From NCBI GenBank assembly GCA_041659805.1, contig JBAZXP010000001.1, positions 192,589 through 256,588 of the forward strand: a stretch of DNA of 64,000 nucleotides, in the 5' to 3' direction. Position 1 is the first letter of the stretch, and every line of letters starts with the position of its first letter. Source of the stretch: Microgenomates group bacterium. GTDB taxonomy: Bacteria; Patescibacteriota; Microgenomatia; Daviesbacterales; UBA10151. Shown here piece by piece: positions 26,380 through 34,646 of this stretch. The position numbers and the translations under genes are program-made. Below the pieces are notes generated by a model that was given only the letters and a program-made list of their open reading frames with translations, made no database searches and was not told the DNA's origin.

Positions 26380-28166
26380 TGGCTGCTTTAAACCCCAGAC
26401 TAATAGAAGACACTATACATTTAATTGAAACATACCAACGAAGCGGAGAAGGGTCTGCTTTTAGAAGGCGCTTTGATATGGCAATTGCCAGAGATGTCAA
26501 CGCCACCTATAAAAACCGGCCTTTAAAATTATATTTCGAGATATTGGCAAGCACCAATGAAGAAAAATTTGGGGACTCTTACAAAGATATCCGCCGGCTC
26601 GTTAAACATGATAACGAAGGAATCATCAAAGAAACACTTCTGAAAGTAAGCCCTAATGATTTAAATAATCTGGCCGACCATTTAGAACAAGCAAAGGAAA
26701 ATATTAATTCAACGACTTACCCAAAGGAGGAGGTCGATGATATTAATAAAATTGAAGCAGATTCCAAAGACCGGATCCAAAAACGAATTGCACATGCAAA
26801 AAGATTAGACCAAACCGAATATCTTGCAGTTACTAAAAAGACCCCAAAAGAAATAGAAAAAGAGGAAGAAGAGGCAGAAGCAGAAACAGGCCCCGGCTCT
26901 TCTCCTGAGCAGAAAAAATCATACAGCCCGGCAACCGAAGAAGAGAAAGCTAGGTTGATGGCAGCCCTGAATACACCAAAAAAAGAAGTTCCCAAGAATA
27001 TATTGGTTGGGCCGAGAGGAGAACCGTTAATAACCATCCCTCAAGAACGATTAATCGAACCGGAGGAGATAACCTTTGAACCAAGAGCTCTTGAGCCAAC
27101 AACCCCATCATTGCCTCAAACACCTGACTTAGGCTTTGCCAGAAGAATTATTAAAACAGGGAAGGTAACGGAAACCGCCGGAGCAGCAGAGGCAGGCATC
27201 AGTTTTACTACAGGAAGAGTGGCGGCAACAGGTGCTGCCAGAGCAGGAGTAATTGCAGCCGAGGGTGGAGCACGGGCTGTTGCCAGATTAGGTGCAGGAG
27301 CTGCTGCCAGAACCGGTGCGGGAGTATTGGCTAAACTAGGATTTTCAGCTGCGACAGGGATAGCTACAGGTGGCGTCGGTTTAGTAATTGGATTAGCTAT
27401 AACCGCAGTCACTACTTTTGGCGATCAAATAAAAAAACTGGGAAAGCTTGTTCTTCAGGTTACAATTGCTATTTTTTGTGTTTTTATTTTAATGTTTTTC
27501 GGGAATTGGGGAGAGAAAATGAACTCTTTACTGCCTCCTTATTCAATTGGGGAGGCTGCAGGTTTACCAACAGCCACACCAACAGGGGCTATTACACCAA
27601 CCCCTACAGGTCCAATAACACCCACCCCAGAAGCCGCTATTGCGAGCTGCCCCATTCCCGGCGGAACAATTACCTGTGGAAGTTTAAGCACTCCCAGAGG
27701 GGGCTGTGCACACTGTAGCGCTGCTTATAAAAGCACGTCTTTTTACCGCGATACATGTGACAGAGACATAAACGGAAGAATAATAGAAAATCGTTGTTTA
27801 TGTGATAAATATCCTGCCACATCTACAGGTCTTGATATTGCAGGAGCAGGAGGGACTCCAATTATATTGCCATCTATTAATAACCATATCGTTGTTTGGA
27901 CCCATCTTTCTCCTGAAGAAGGTAACAGCAACCAGGCAATCCAAAAATTCACAGGCATAGATCAGACTACCGAACAAAGCTATTATTTACAATTTCACCA
28001 TACTAAACCCGGTTCAGGGAGGTCTGGTCAATCAGGACAGGTTGGTGCTAATATTTGTAGTACTACTGCCTGTGGAGAAGAACATGTTCATGTTCAGATA
28101 GGTAATTCCGGTAATAGCCCCGGCAGCACAGGGTGGATGGATGCAGCAGCAACCATGTGTCAATAA
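26379..28166 (+). CDS. membrane protein with a Gly/Ala-rich repeat region and a C-terminal M23/LytM-like peptidase domain (first motif His apparently replaced)
   Basis: GTG start overlapping the upstream TAG. TGxAxAG repeats (AGAAEAGISFTTGRVAATGAARAGVIAAEGGARAVARLGAGAAARTGAG), a TM helix, then STGLDIAGAGGTPIILPS...YYLQFHH...EEHVHVQI, resembling M23 HxGxD / HxH elements. Confidence 0.5.
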   Translation: MAALNPRLIEDTIHLIETYQRSGEGSAFRRRFDMAIARDVNATYKNRPLKLYFEILASTNEEKFGDSYKDIRRLVKHDNEGIIKETLLKVSPNDLNNLADHLEQAKENINSTTYPKEEVDDINKIEADSKDRIQKRIAHAKRLDQTEYLAVTKKTPKEIEKEEEEAEAETGPGSSPEQKKSYSPATEEEKARLMAALNTPKKEVPKNILVGPRGEPLITIPQERLIEPEEITFEPRALEPTTPSLPQTPDLGFARRIIKTGKVTETAGAAEAGISFTTGRVAATGAARAGVIAAEGGARAVARLGAGAAARTGAGVLAKLGFSAATGIATGGVGLVIGLAITAVTTFGDQIKKLGKLVLQVTIAIFCVFILMFFGNWGEKMNSLLPPYSIGEAAGLPTATPTGAITPTPTGPITPTPEAAIASCPIPGGTITCGSLSTPRGGCAHCSAAYKSTSFYRDTCDRDINGRIIENRCLCDKYPATSTGLDIAGAGGTPIILPSINNHIVVWTHLSPEEGNSNQAIQKFTGIDQTTEQSYYLQFHHTKPGSGRSGQSGQVGANICSTTACGEEHVHVQIGNSGNSPGSTGWMDAAATMCQ

Positions 28167-28168
28167 AA

Positions 28169-28672
28169 ATGAATAATAAAGATTTAAAACGGATAATTCT
28201 TATAGGGATAACCAGTTTTTTCGTGGTAATTGTTTTAATCTCGCTTATAATTAGTCAATTTTTTACTGAGAAACAACCTGCTCCATCTACTACTGTTCCA
28301 ATTACCACAATCACTCCTACACAAAAACCTCTCCCGAGCCAATTCGGAATAGAAGAGACTACTCCAAGTGAAGATACTTCTATTATCTATTTTCCTAATC
28401 AACAAATAGGTTTTACTTTTAATAAAAGCGTTGATGCTGATTCCGTGATTTATTCAGTTACTCCAAATGCTCCGGTAAACATTAAGTTAGATATAAACTC
28501 AAACAGAACTGTAGTTTTTACTCCTAAAACAACTTGGCAAAAAGGTATTACAACCATCACAATATTGCCACAAACAAAAGCCCTTGATGGTCAATTATTA
28601 AACCAGTCTTTTGTTTATAAACTTAATTCTGAGTTCCCGTCTAATCCGCCTGCTGACTGGAAAGGTTATTAA
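28169..28672 (+). CDS. N-terminally anchored protein with a bacterial Ig-like (SbsA/Big-like) domain
   Basis: TM helix, a TTVPITTITPTQKP linker, and a beta-rich domain with FTF.. and VVFTP motifs. Start moved to the ATG at 28169, downstream of the previous stop. Confidence 0.45.
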   Translation: MNNKDLKRIILIGITSFFVVIVLISLIISQFFTEKQPAPSTTVPITTITPTQKPLPSQFGIEETTPSEDTSIIYFPNQQIGFTFNKSVDADSVIYSVTPNAPVNIKLDINSNRTVVFTPKTTWQKGITTITILPQTKALDGQLLNQSFVYKLNSEFPSNPPADWKGY

Positions 28673-28675
28673 TAT

Positions 28676-29146
28676 ATGCCGAATTTAAGTATAAAACAAA
28701 AAATTATAGGAATAATTGTAGTTATTGGCACAATATTAATCTTAATTTTTAAAGGAGGAATTTATTCAAAACCAGCTGAGAATTTAGATAAGACTTTTAA
28801 CAATCCCACACCCACAACTATTCAAACTGACACCCCAGAAATCATTTCTACCAGCCCCTCACCTTTAGATAATTCTTATATCTGGGGGACAACAGCAATT
28901 TCAATTACTTTTAATCTACCAATAGAAAACATCCCGGAGCTTAAATATAAATTCGAACCGGCGTCAAACATTAAAACAGATCTTTCAAATGATAATAAAA
29001 CAGTGACGTTTACACCCATTGAACCTTTAAAGCTGGGCTCTGAATATCTTTTAACAATCCCTGCAGAAGCAAAATTTCTGGGTAAAAAAACATTAGGAAA
29101 AAGCTATATTTTTCACATAAGGACGATTGAGTACAAAGGGGTCTAA
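28676..29146 (+). CDS. second N-terminally anchored Ig-like-domain protein (paralogous architecture)
   Basis: TM helix, a PTPTTIQTDTP linker, and ISITFN...VTFTP motifs. Confidence 0.45.
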   Translation: MPNLSIKQKIIGIIVVIGTILILIFKGGIYSKPAENLDKTFNNPTPTTIQTDTPEIISTSPSPLDNSYIWGTTAISITFNLPIENIPELKYKFEPASNIKTDLSNDNKTVTFTPIEPLKLGSEYLLTIPAEAKFLGKKTLGKSYIFHIRTIEYKGV

Positions 29147-29148
29147 GA

Positions 29149-30249
29149 TTAACTTAAATTAACAGGCATCACAATACACTCCAAACCTTCTTCCCCCATT
29201 GGTTTAAAAATAGAGGCAGAAAGCGGCCCGGAAAGTTCAATTATTACCTGGGAAGAGCTAAAGGCAGACAGGCTGTCTTGTAAATACTTAGTATTAAAAG
29301 AGATTTGAATTTCTCCACCCTCACACTCTGCATCAATCTCCTTTTTTTGTGATCCCAACTCTTTTGTTTCTGAGGTTAAAACCAGCTTTTTATCTAAATT
29401 CTGTAATTTAACTGTATTAGCCTCGCCTCTGGCAAAAACCGACGCCAGCTTAACTGCTTTTAGGAGCTCGCTTCTGTCTGTAATGATCCTAACCTTAATC
29501 TCTGTTGGAATAATCTTCTCCCAGGCAGGAAATTGTCCTTCAATTAAGCGGGAAGAAAGCTGGGTGTTACCAAAAGAAAACACAATTTGGTTCTGATCAT
29601 CAGAAACAGCTACTTTAATCTCGTCAGACTCATCTTCTCCAATCAACCTAATAACTTCTTCGAAGGTGCGCCTGGGAACCAAAGCCTTAAAACTGGAATC
29701 ACTTTCTGTGACTACGCTTTTGTGGGCCAGTCTATATCCGTCTGTTGCCACAAGTTGTAATTTCTTATTATTTATCTCGGTTAAAATACCGGTTAAAATC
29801 GGCCGACCATCATCAACTGCCGCTGAAAAAATCACTTCCGGCAAGGCCTTCACAAGTAATTTAGGATCAATAGAGGCTGCCTGCTTACCTGATAAGGGAA
29901 TATTAGGAAATTCGGTAGCACTGATTCCGTTTAAAGAAGATGAAAATGTCGGAGTAGTGAGTTCAACAGATTCATCACTGGCACTTATTTCTATTTTTTC
30001 ACCGCTTAAATTAGAAATTACATCAACCAGCATCTTTGCGGGAATAGTTATCTCGCCTTCCTCAATAACATCTGCTTTCACAGATTTCACGACACCGATT
30101 TCTAGATTAGTGGCTGATATTTTAACTCTGTCTGAATCTGCCTGAATCAAAACATTACCCAAAACAGGCAGTTGAGACCTGATTCCGGCCGAACGGGAAA
30201 CAGAAGAAAGCACTGGCATCAAATCCTGTTGTAAAATCGTAAATTTCAT
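29149..30249 (-). CDS. dnaN: DNA polymerase III beta sliding clamp
   Basis: MKFTILQQDLMPVLSSVSR...ATNLEIGV is a canonical DnaN N-terminus; 366 aa. Confidence 0.9.
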   Translation of the reverse strand: MKFTILQQDLMPVLSSVSRSAGIRSQLPVLGNVLIQADSDRVKISATNLEIGVVKSVKADVIEEGEITIPAKMLVDVISNLSGEKIEISASDESVELTTPTFSSSLNGISATEFPNIPLSGKQAASIDPKLLVKALPEVIFSAAVDDGRPILTGILTEINNKKLQLVATDGYRLAHKSVVTESDSSFKALVPRRTFEEVIRLIGEDESDEIKVAVSDDQNQIVFSFGNTQLSSRLIEGQFPAWEKIIPTEIKVRIITDRSELLKAVKLASVFARGEANTVKLQNLDKKLVLTSETKELGSQKKEIDAECEGGEIQISFNTKYLQDSLSAFSSSQVIIELSGPLSASIFKPMGEEGLECIVMPVNLS

Positions 30250-30255
30250 TAATTT

Positions 30256-30708
30256 TTATTCTTTGTGGGCAGAAATATATTTATGGGCATCTTCGTCTGA
30301 GATCTTAATCAAGCGAAAATGAACGCGCCCGGTGACTACTAGGTTTTTAATGTGTTTTTCCTCTTCTGTCAAGGTAGCAAAGTTCCCGGATTTTACTTCA
30401 ATAAAGTCGATTCGTTCATTATTCTTAATCCCAATAAAGTCAATCGGTTGTCCTAAGGGAATAATCCGGTCGTAATCATACCTTAATTCTGCATAAGTTA
30501 ATAACTCTGCTACCTTACCTTTTTGTGGATTAATTGAGCCCTGAATTGTTTGTAATACTCTAGCTGGTAAATCTGCAACTTGCTTATAAAGTGATATAAA
30601 ATCTGTGGGAATTTCCTGTGGTTTTGGTTTAACACTCAGTCTTCCAAATAAATAAACAATGATTAGTACAAGTATTCCTATTAAGTAATATGTAAAGTTT
30701 ATATCCAT
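30256..30708 (-). CDS. membrane-anchored PD-(D/E)xK nuclease, archaeal Hjc/Holliday-junction-resolvase-like
   Basis: N-terminal TM helix, then IDFIGIKNNERIDFIEVKSG (D...E.K catalytic arrangement). Confidence 0.5.
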   Translation of the reverse strand: MDINFTYYLIGILVLIIVYLFGRLSVKPKPQEIPTDFISLYKQVADLPARVLQTIQGSINPQKGKVAELLTYAELRYDYDRIIPLGQPIDFIGIKNNERIDFIEVKSGNFATLTEEEKHIKNLVVTGRVHFRLIKISDEDAHKYISAHKE

Positions 30709-30818
30709 GCTTATCCACTTACAAAGCAGTTCTAGTTCTCTCTTTATTTATACAGCTGTAGTATTACTAGGGTCTGTTAAGATGTGTATTCACAGCCACA
30801 ACCCAGCTTCAGGTTACT

Positions 30819-30966
30819 TGGGGATAAGGATAAGTGTAAAACTTAAACCTAGTTATCCCCTCTCTTGGACTTTTTTAACCACAACTTTTCGCCTACTCTT
30901 CGTGTGTAAAAAGTATATCACAACTGTGGATAAAGTGGTGGATAACTTTAAGAGTTTTGGGGATAA
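30819..30966. promoter_or_regulatory. cluster of DnaA boxes (candidate oriC part 1) between dnaA and the downstream nuclease/dnaN genes
   Basis: Perfect TGTGGATAA at 30925..30933. One-mismatch GGTGGATAA at 30937..30945. TGGGGATAA at 30819 and 30958. TTATCCCCT at 30853. Confidence 0.6.
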
Positions 30967-30978
30967 GTGTGTTGAAAG

Positions 30979-32313
30979 TTACTGGGCAGTTAAGGCTTGC
31001 TTGAGCTCTATTAAAACCCTCTGGATTTCCCTGTCTGTGCCAGAGGCAGTCCTGATTTTATCCACACCGTGCAAGATGGTGGTGTGATCCCTTCCGCCCA
31101 ATAAATCCCCGATTCTCTCATAGGGAATTTTGCACTCCTCATACAAAAGATACATAGCTAATTGTCTGGGGAAAACCAACTCTTTTTTGCGTCTGGGGCC
31201 GGTAATATCTGACATTTTAGTATTAAAATAACGATTGATTTCTGAAAAAACCTTTTTATGGTCCAATTTCATACTGGATGGCTGAGGTTTTCCCAGGTGG
31301 TTTCTGATAAATTCAGGGGTCAGTGCAAGATTTTGTAATTTGGCAATCTGAATAATTTGCATCAACTTCCCTTCCAGCTCTCTGGCGTTTGTTTCTACCA
31401 GCTCAGCAATTAGAATCATACATTCTTCTGGCACAGCATCTCCTTTTTCCCTGCATCTGGCTTTGATAATAGCGACCCTGGTATCAAAATCCGGTAGTTG
31501 AATATCTACCATCAAACCTCCCTGGAATCTGGAGGCGAGTCTTCCTTCCAGTTTTTGAATTTCATTTGGCGGTCTGTCTGAGGTTAAAATAATCTGGGCA
31601 TTTTTAGCCTGAAGCTCATTAAAGGTATGGAAAAACTCTTCCTGAGTTGAATCTCTGCCGGAAATAAACTGGACATCATCAATTAAAAGCAGTCCGCAAT
31701 TGCGGTATTTAGCCCGAAAATCCCCTGTTCTTTTGGTTTGAATGCTTTGGATAAAGTCGTTCATAAATTTTTCCGAAGAGCAATAAATAATCTTCAGGTG
31801 TGGGTTTTTAGCAACTAAGGCATTTCCTACACCGTGCATTAAATGAGTTTTTCCTACTCCTGTGCCGCCATAAATAAATAAAGGATTATAGGTAGTGCCG
31901 GGATTATTGATTACGCCCTGGGCTGCGGCATAAGCCAAGTTATTTGACAGGCCAACTACAAAGTTTTCCACAGTATATTTTGGATTAAGACCTGTTTGAG
32001 ATAAATCAGGAGCTCTGACTTCAAAATCTAACTCCAGATCCAGCCCTGAATCAGATCCGCTTTTAGAGTTTAGCGAAGAATCGACTCTAAATTCTATGTT
32101 CAGGGTTTTTCCAAAGGATTGCTCCACAGCTTTGGCTAAAACATCAATATATTTTGTGGAAAGTTGTTGTTTAATAAAAGCTGAGGGGACATTGATTGTA
32201 ACCTTGTTGTCCTCGATAGATTCGAGAGTGGTTTTAGAAAACCAGGTACGGTAGTTTGCCAGGGTAACCTGGTCCTTAAGGATTTTTAAAGTATTTGACC
32301 ACTGTTTTTCCAT
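30979..32313 (-). CDS. dnaA: chromosomal replication initiator DnaA
   Basis: AAA+ Walker A GGTGVGKTHLMHGVGN, box VII and a C-terminal DNA-binding helix. N-terminus WFSKTTL. Confidence 0.95.
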   Translation of the reverse strand: MEKQWSNTLKILKDQVTLANYRTWFSKTTLESIEDNKVTINVPSAFIKQQLSTKYIDVLAKAVEQSFGKTLNIEFRVDSSLNSKSGSDSGLDLELDFEVRAPDLSQTGLNPKYTVENFVVGLSNNLAYAAAQGVINNPGTTYNPLFIYGGTGVGKTHLMHGVGNALVAKNPHLKIIYCSSEKFMNDFIQSIQTKRTGDFRAKYRNCGLLLIDDVQFISGRDSTQEEFFHTFNELQAKNAQIILTSDRPPNEIQKLEGRLASRFQGGLMVDIQLPDFDTRVAIIKARCREKGDAVPEECMILIAELVETNARELEGKLMQIIQIAKLQNLALTPEFIRNHLGKPQPSSMKLDHKKVFSEINRYFNTKMSDITGPRRKKELVFPRQLAMYLLYEECKIPYERIGDLLGGRDHTTILHGVDKIRTASGTDREIQRVLIELKQALTAQ

Positions 32314-32375
32314 AAATTCTTGATGGGTAAATCGAGGCAGAACCAGAACTCATTGGGGCTATCATAGTGAAAAAG

Positions 32376-32384
32376 TTATCCACA
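32376..32384. promoter_or_regulatory. perfect DnaA box TTATCCACA in the dnaA-rpmH divergent intergenic region (candidate oriC part 2 / dnaA autoregulation)
   Basis: Exact 9-mer consensus. Confidence 0.5.
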
Positions 32385-32467
32385 GAAAAGATACCTAAAC
32401 AGTGACGCAATATATCAACTTAGAGTTAGCCTTGCAAAAAGCCTCGAAAATTAGTAAACTACCCTAT

Positions 32468-32608
32468 ATGCCTAAACGCACTTATCAACCAAAAGCAGTC
32501 AAAAGAGTTAGAAAACACGGATTCATGGCCAGAATGAGTGATTCCGACGGACAAAAAGTCTTGAAAAGAAGACGGGCTAAAGGTAGAGTAAAGCTGGTGA
32601 CGGTATAG
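32468..32608 (+). CDS. rpmH: 50S ribosomal protein L34
   Basis: [43 protein letters not shown]. Start set to the internal ATG at 32468. Confidence 0.9.
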   Translation: MPKRTYQPKAVKRVRKHGFMARMSDSDGQKVLKRRRAKGRVKLVTV

Positions 32609-32648
32609 TCATCAGCAGTCAGCTTTCAGTCGTCAGGCTAAAAATAAA

Positions 32649-32990
32649 ATGCTTCCCAGAGAAAAAAGGCTCAATTTAAAAACTTCATTTAACTTTGTAA
32701 TCAAAGGACAAAAGGTAGAAAATTCCTTATACAAAATGTTTTTCAGACAAGCCGAAGAGAATCAGCCCAAAGTAGGTATCGCTTTAAAAAAAGAATATTT
32801 TAAATTAGCAGTTGATAGAAACAGAGCCAGAAGATTAACCTCAACAGCGCTCGGAGTGCTTTACCCCAACTTAAAGAAAAAGGTTAACCTGATTCTTATG
32901 CCAAAACAGGGAGTACTAGAACAATCTTCAGAAGAACTTACAGTGTTTTTAGAAAAGGAGTTAAAAAGATTAGACCTATTAGTCAAATAA
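32649..32990 (+). CDS. rnpA: RNase P protein component
   Basis: Position after rpmH, and the RnpA-like basic motif RNRARRL. Confidence 0.85.
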   Translation: MLPREKRLNLKTSFNFVIKGQKVENSLYKMFFRQAEENQPKVGIALKKEYFKLAVDRNRARRLTSTALGVLYPNLKKKVNLILMPKQGVLEQSSEELTVFLEKELKRLDLLVK

Positions 32991-32995
32991 GATCT

Positions 32996-33196
32996 ATGAG
33001 ACCTATTGTTTTGTTTTTAATCGATTTTTATAGGAAATTTTTATCCTTTGATAGAGGCCTGCTTTCTTTTTTGGCACCTGGGGGAGCTTGCAGGCAAACC
33101 CCAACATGCTCATTGTATACTAGGCAAATGATTATAAAGTATGGTTTAATGAGAGGACTTATTTTAGGAGGTAAAAGAATAATCAAATGCCGGTAG
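32996..33196 (+). CDS. yidD: membrane protein insertion efficiency factor YidD
   Basis: GGACRQTPTCSLYTRQMIIKYG. Confidence 0.85.
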   Translation: MRPIVLFLIDFYRKFLSFDRGLLSFLAPGGACRQTPTCSLYTRQMIIKYGLMRGLILGGKRIIKCR

Positions 33197-34035
33197 ATAT
33201 TGGAGCTGTTTTTAATACATTATTTTTAGGACCAATTGTTAATCTTTTAGTTCTAATTTTCCGCGCTCTTGAGACCATTCACCTACCAGGTGCTTTTGGT
33301 TTTTCAATTATAGTTCTTACAGTTATAGTAAGACTTTTGGTTTGGCCTTTTATGCAGACCCAGCTTAAATCCGCCAGAAAGATGGCAGAGCTAAAACCCC
33401 ATCTGGATGCTTTAAAGATTAAACACAAGGGAGATAAACAAGGATTAGCTACTGCTCAAATGGCTTTATACAAAGAACATGGGGTTAATCCTGCCGGAGG
33501 TTGTCTCCCAGCTATTATTCAGATTCCTGTAATATGGGCTCTTTATACAGCAATTCAGAAATTCTTTGAACCTTCTAGTTTGGATTGGTTAAACAATAGC
33601 GTTCTATATGTTAAAGAATGGTATTTTACTGCCACTCCTGATTTAAACTTTTTTGGTTTGAATTTAGCAACTAAACCTTCAGAATTTGGTCAATTTGGGG
33701 TATTGCTTCTTCTGATCCCTGTTATTACAGCGGCATTACAACTTATTCAATCCAAGATGATGGTTCCGGAAAAACCAGTAAAAATAAATAAAGATGATTC
33801 TCCAAAAGAGAAAAAGGAAAAAGTACAAACTGAGGATTCTATGGCAGCAATGCAATCTCAAATGATGTTTATGATGCCGCTCATGATTGGATATTTTGCC
33901 TTCCAGTTCCCTGTCGGCCTGGCTCTTTACTGGAATACATTTACTATCTTAGGAATTGTTCAGCAGTATAAAATTTCCGGTTGGGGTGGACTTAAGGATT
34001 GGACTGTTTTAGCAAAAAAATATTTACCTGCTTAG
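33187..34035 (+). CDS. yidC: membrane protein insertase YidC (short form)
   Basis: Synteny with yidD/jag. TM pattern and LYKEHGVNPAGGCLP motif. Confidence 0.85.
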   Translation: MPVDIGAVFNTLFLGPIVNLLVLIFRALETIHLPGAFGFSIIVLTVIVRLLVWPFMQTQLKSARKMAELKPHLDALKIKHKGDKQGLATAQMALYKEHGVNPAGGCLPAIIQIPVIWALYTAIQKFFEPSSLDWLNNSVLYVKEWYFTATPDLNFFGLNLATKPSEFGQFGVLLLLIPVITAALQLIQSKMMVPEKPVKINKDDSPKEKKEKVQTEDSMAAMQSQMMFMMPLMIGYFAFQFPVGLALYWNTFTILGIVQQYKISGWGGLKDWTVLAKKYLPA

Positions 34036-34073
34036 ATTCCACTGATTGACTGATCCTGGCTGATCATTTATAC

Positions 34074-34619
34074 TTGTCCTCTATGGAAGCAAAAGTTTCA
34101 GAAATTTTAGAAAATATTTTAGGAATGCTTGGACTTGAGGGTAGTTTTGAAGTGACTGAAGGCCCCGAAGAAGTTAAAGTAACTATCGAAGCTTCAGACC
34201 CGGGTAGATTGATCGGATTTGGTGGTGAGACTCTTGATGCACTGCAATTAATTGTTAATCAAATTGTTGGAAAGCAAGCAACTGACAAAGAACCTTATAA
34301 AAGAGTGTCTATTGATGTTGCTGGTTGGAGACAAAACAAAGAAGCAGATTTAGAAAGACGCGCTAGAAATTGGGTTAATGAAGTACTGGAGAGCAAAGAA
34401 GAGCTGGAACTTGAACCAATGCCATCCTGGCAAAGAAGAGTAGTTCATATGGTTGCTTCAGAAACTGAAGGTGTTGAATCAGAAAGTATTGGAGAAGGCC
34501 GAGACAGACATTTAGTAATCAGACCCGCAGCTTCTGTTAAACCAGCAAAAAAAACTTCTAAAAAAGCTGCTGAAAAGCAAGAGATTCAGGAAGAAGCTCC
34601 AAAAGAAGATATTGAGTAG
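34074..34619 (+). CDS. jag: Jag/KhpB RNA-binding protein (KH plus R3H)
   Basis: R3H motif WQRRVVHMVASE and synteny after yidC. Confidence 0.8.
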   Translation: MSSMEAKVSEILENILGMLGLEGSFEVTEGPEEVKVTIEASDPGRLIGFGGETLDALQLIVNQIVGKQATDKEPYKRVSIDVAGWRQNKEADLERRARNWVNEVLESKEELELEPMPSWQRRVVHMVASETEGVESESIGEGRDRHLVIRPAASVKPAKKTSKKAAEKQEIQEEAPKEDIE

Positions 34620-34646
34620 ATTTAAAATCTAGGTTACACTAGATCC

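Noticed and set aside
27116-27412. Ala-rich 98-aa minus-strand ORF
   Set aside because: It is the antisense of the GC-richer Gly/Ala repeat region of 26379..28166. Its low-complexity translation is expected from the repeat.
29666-30145. Plus-strand 159-aa ORF
   Set aside because: It lies antisense within dnaN.
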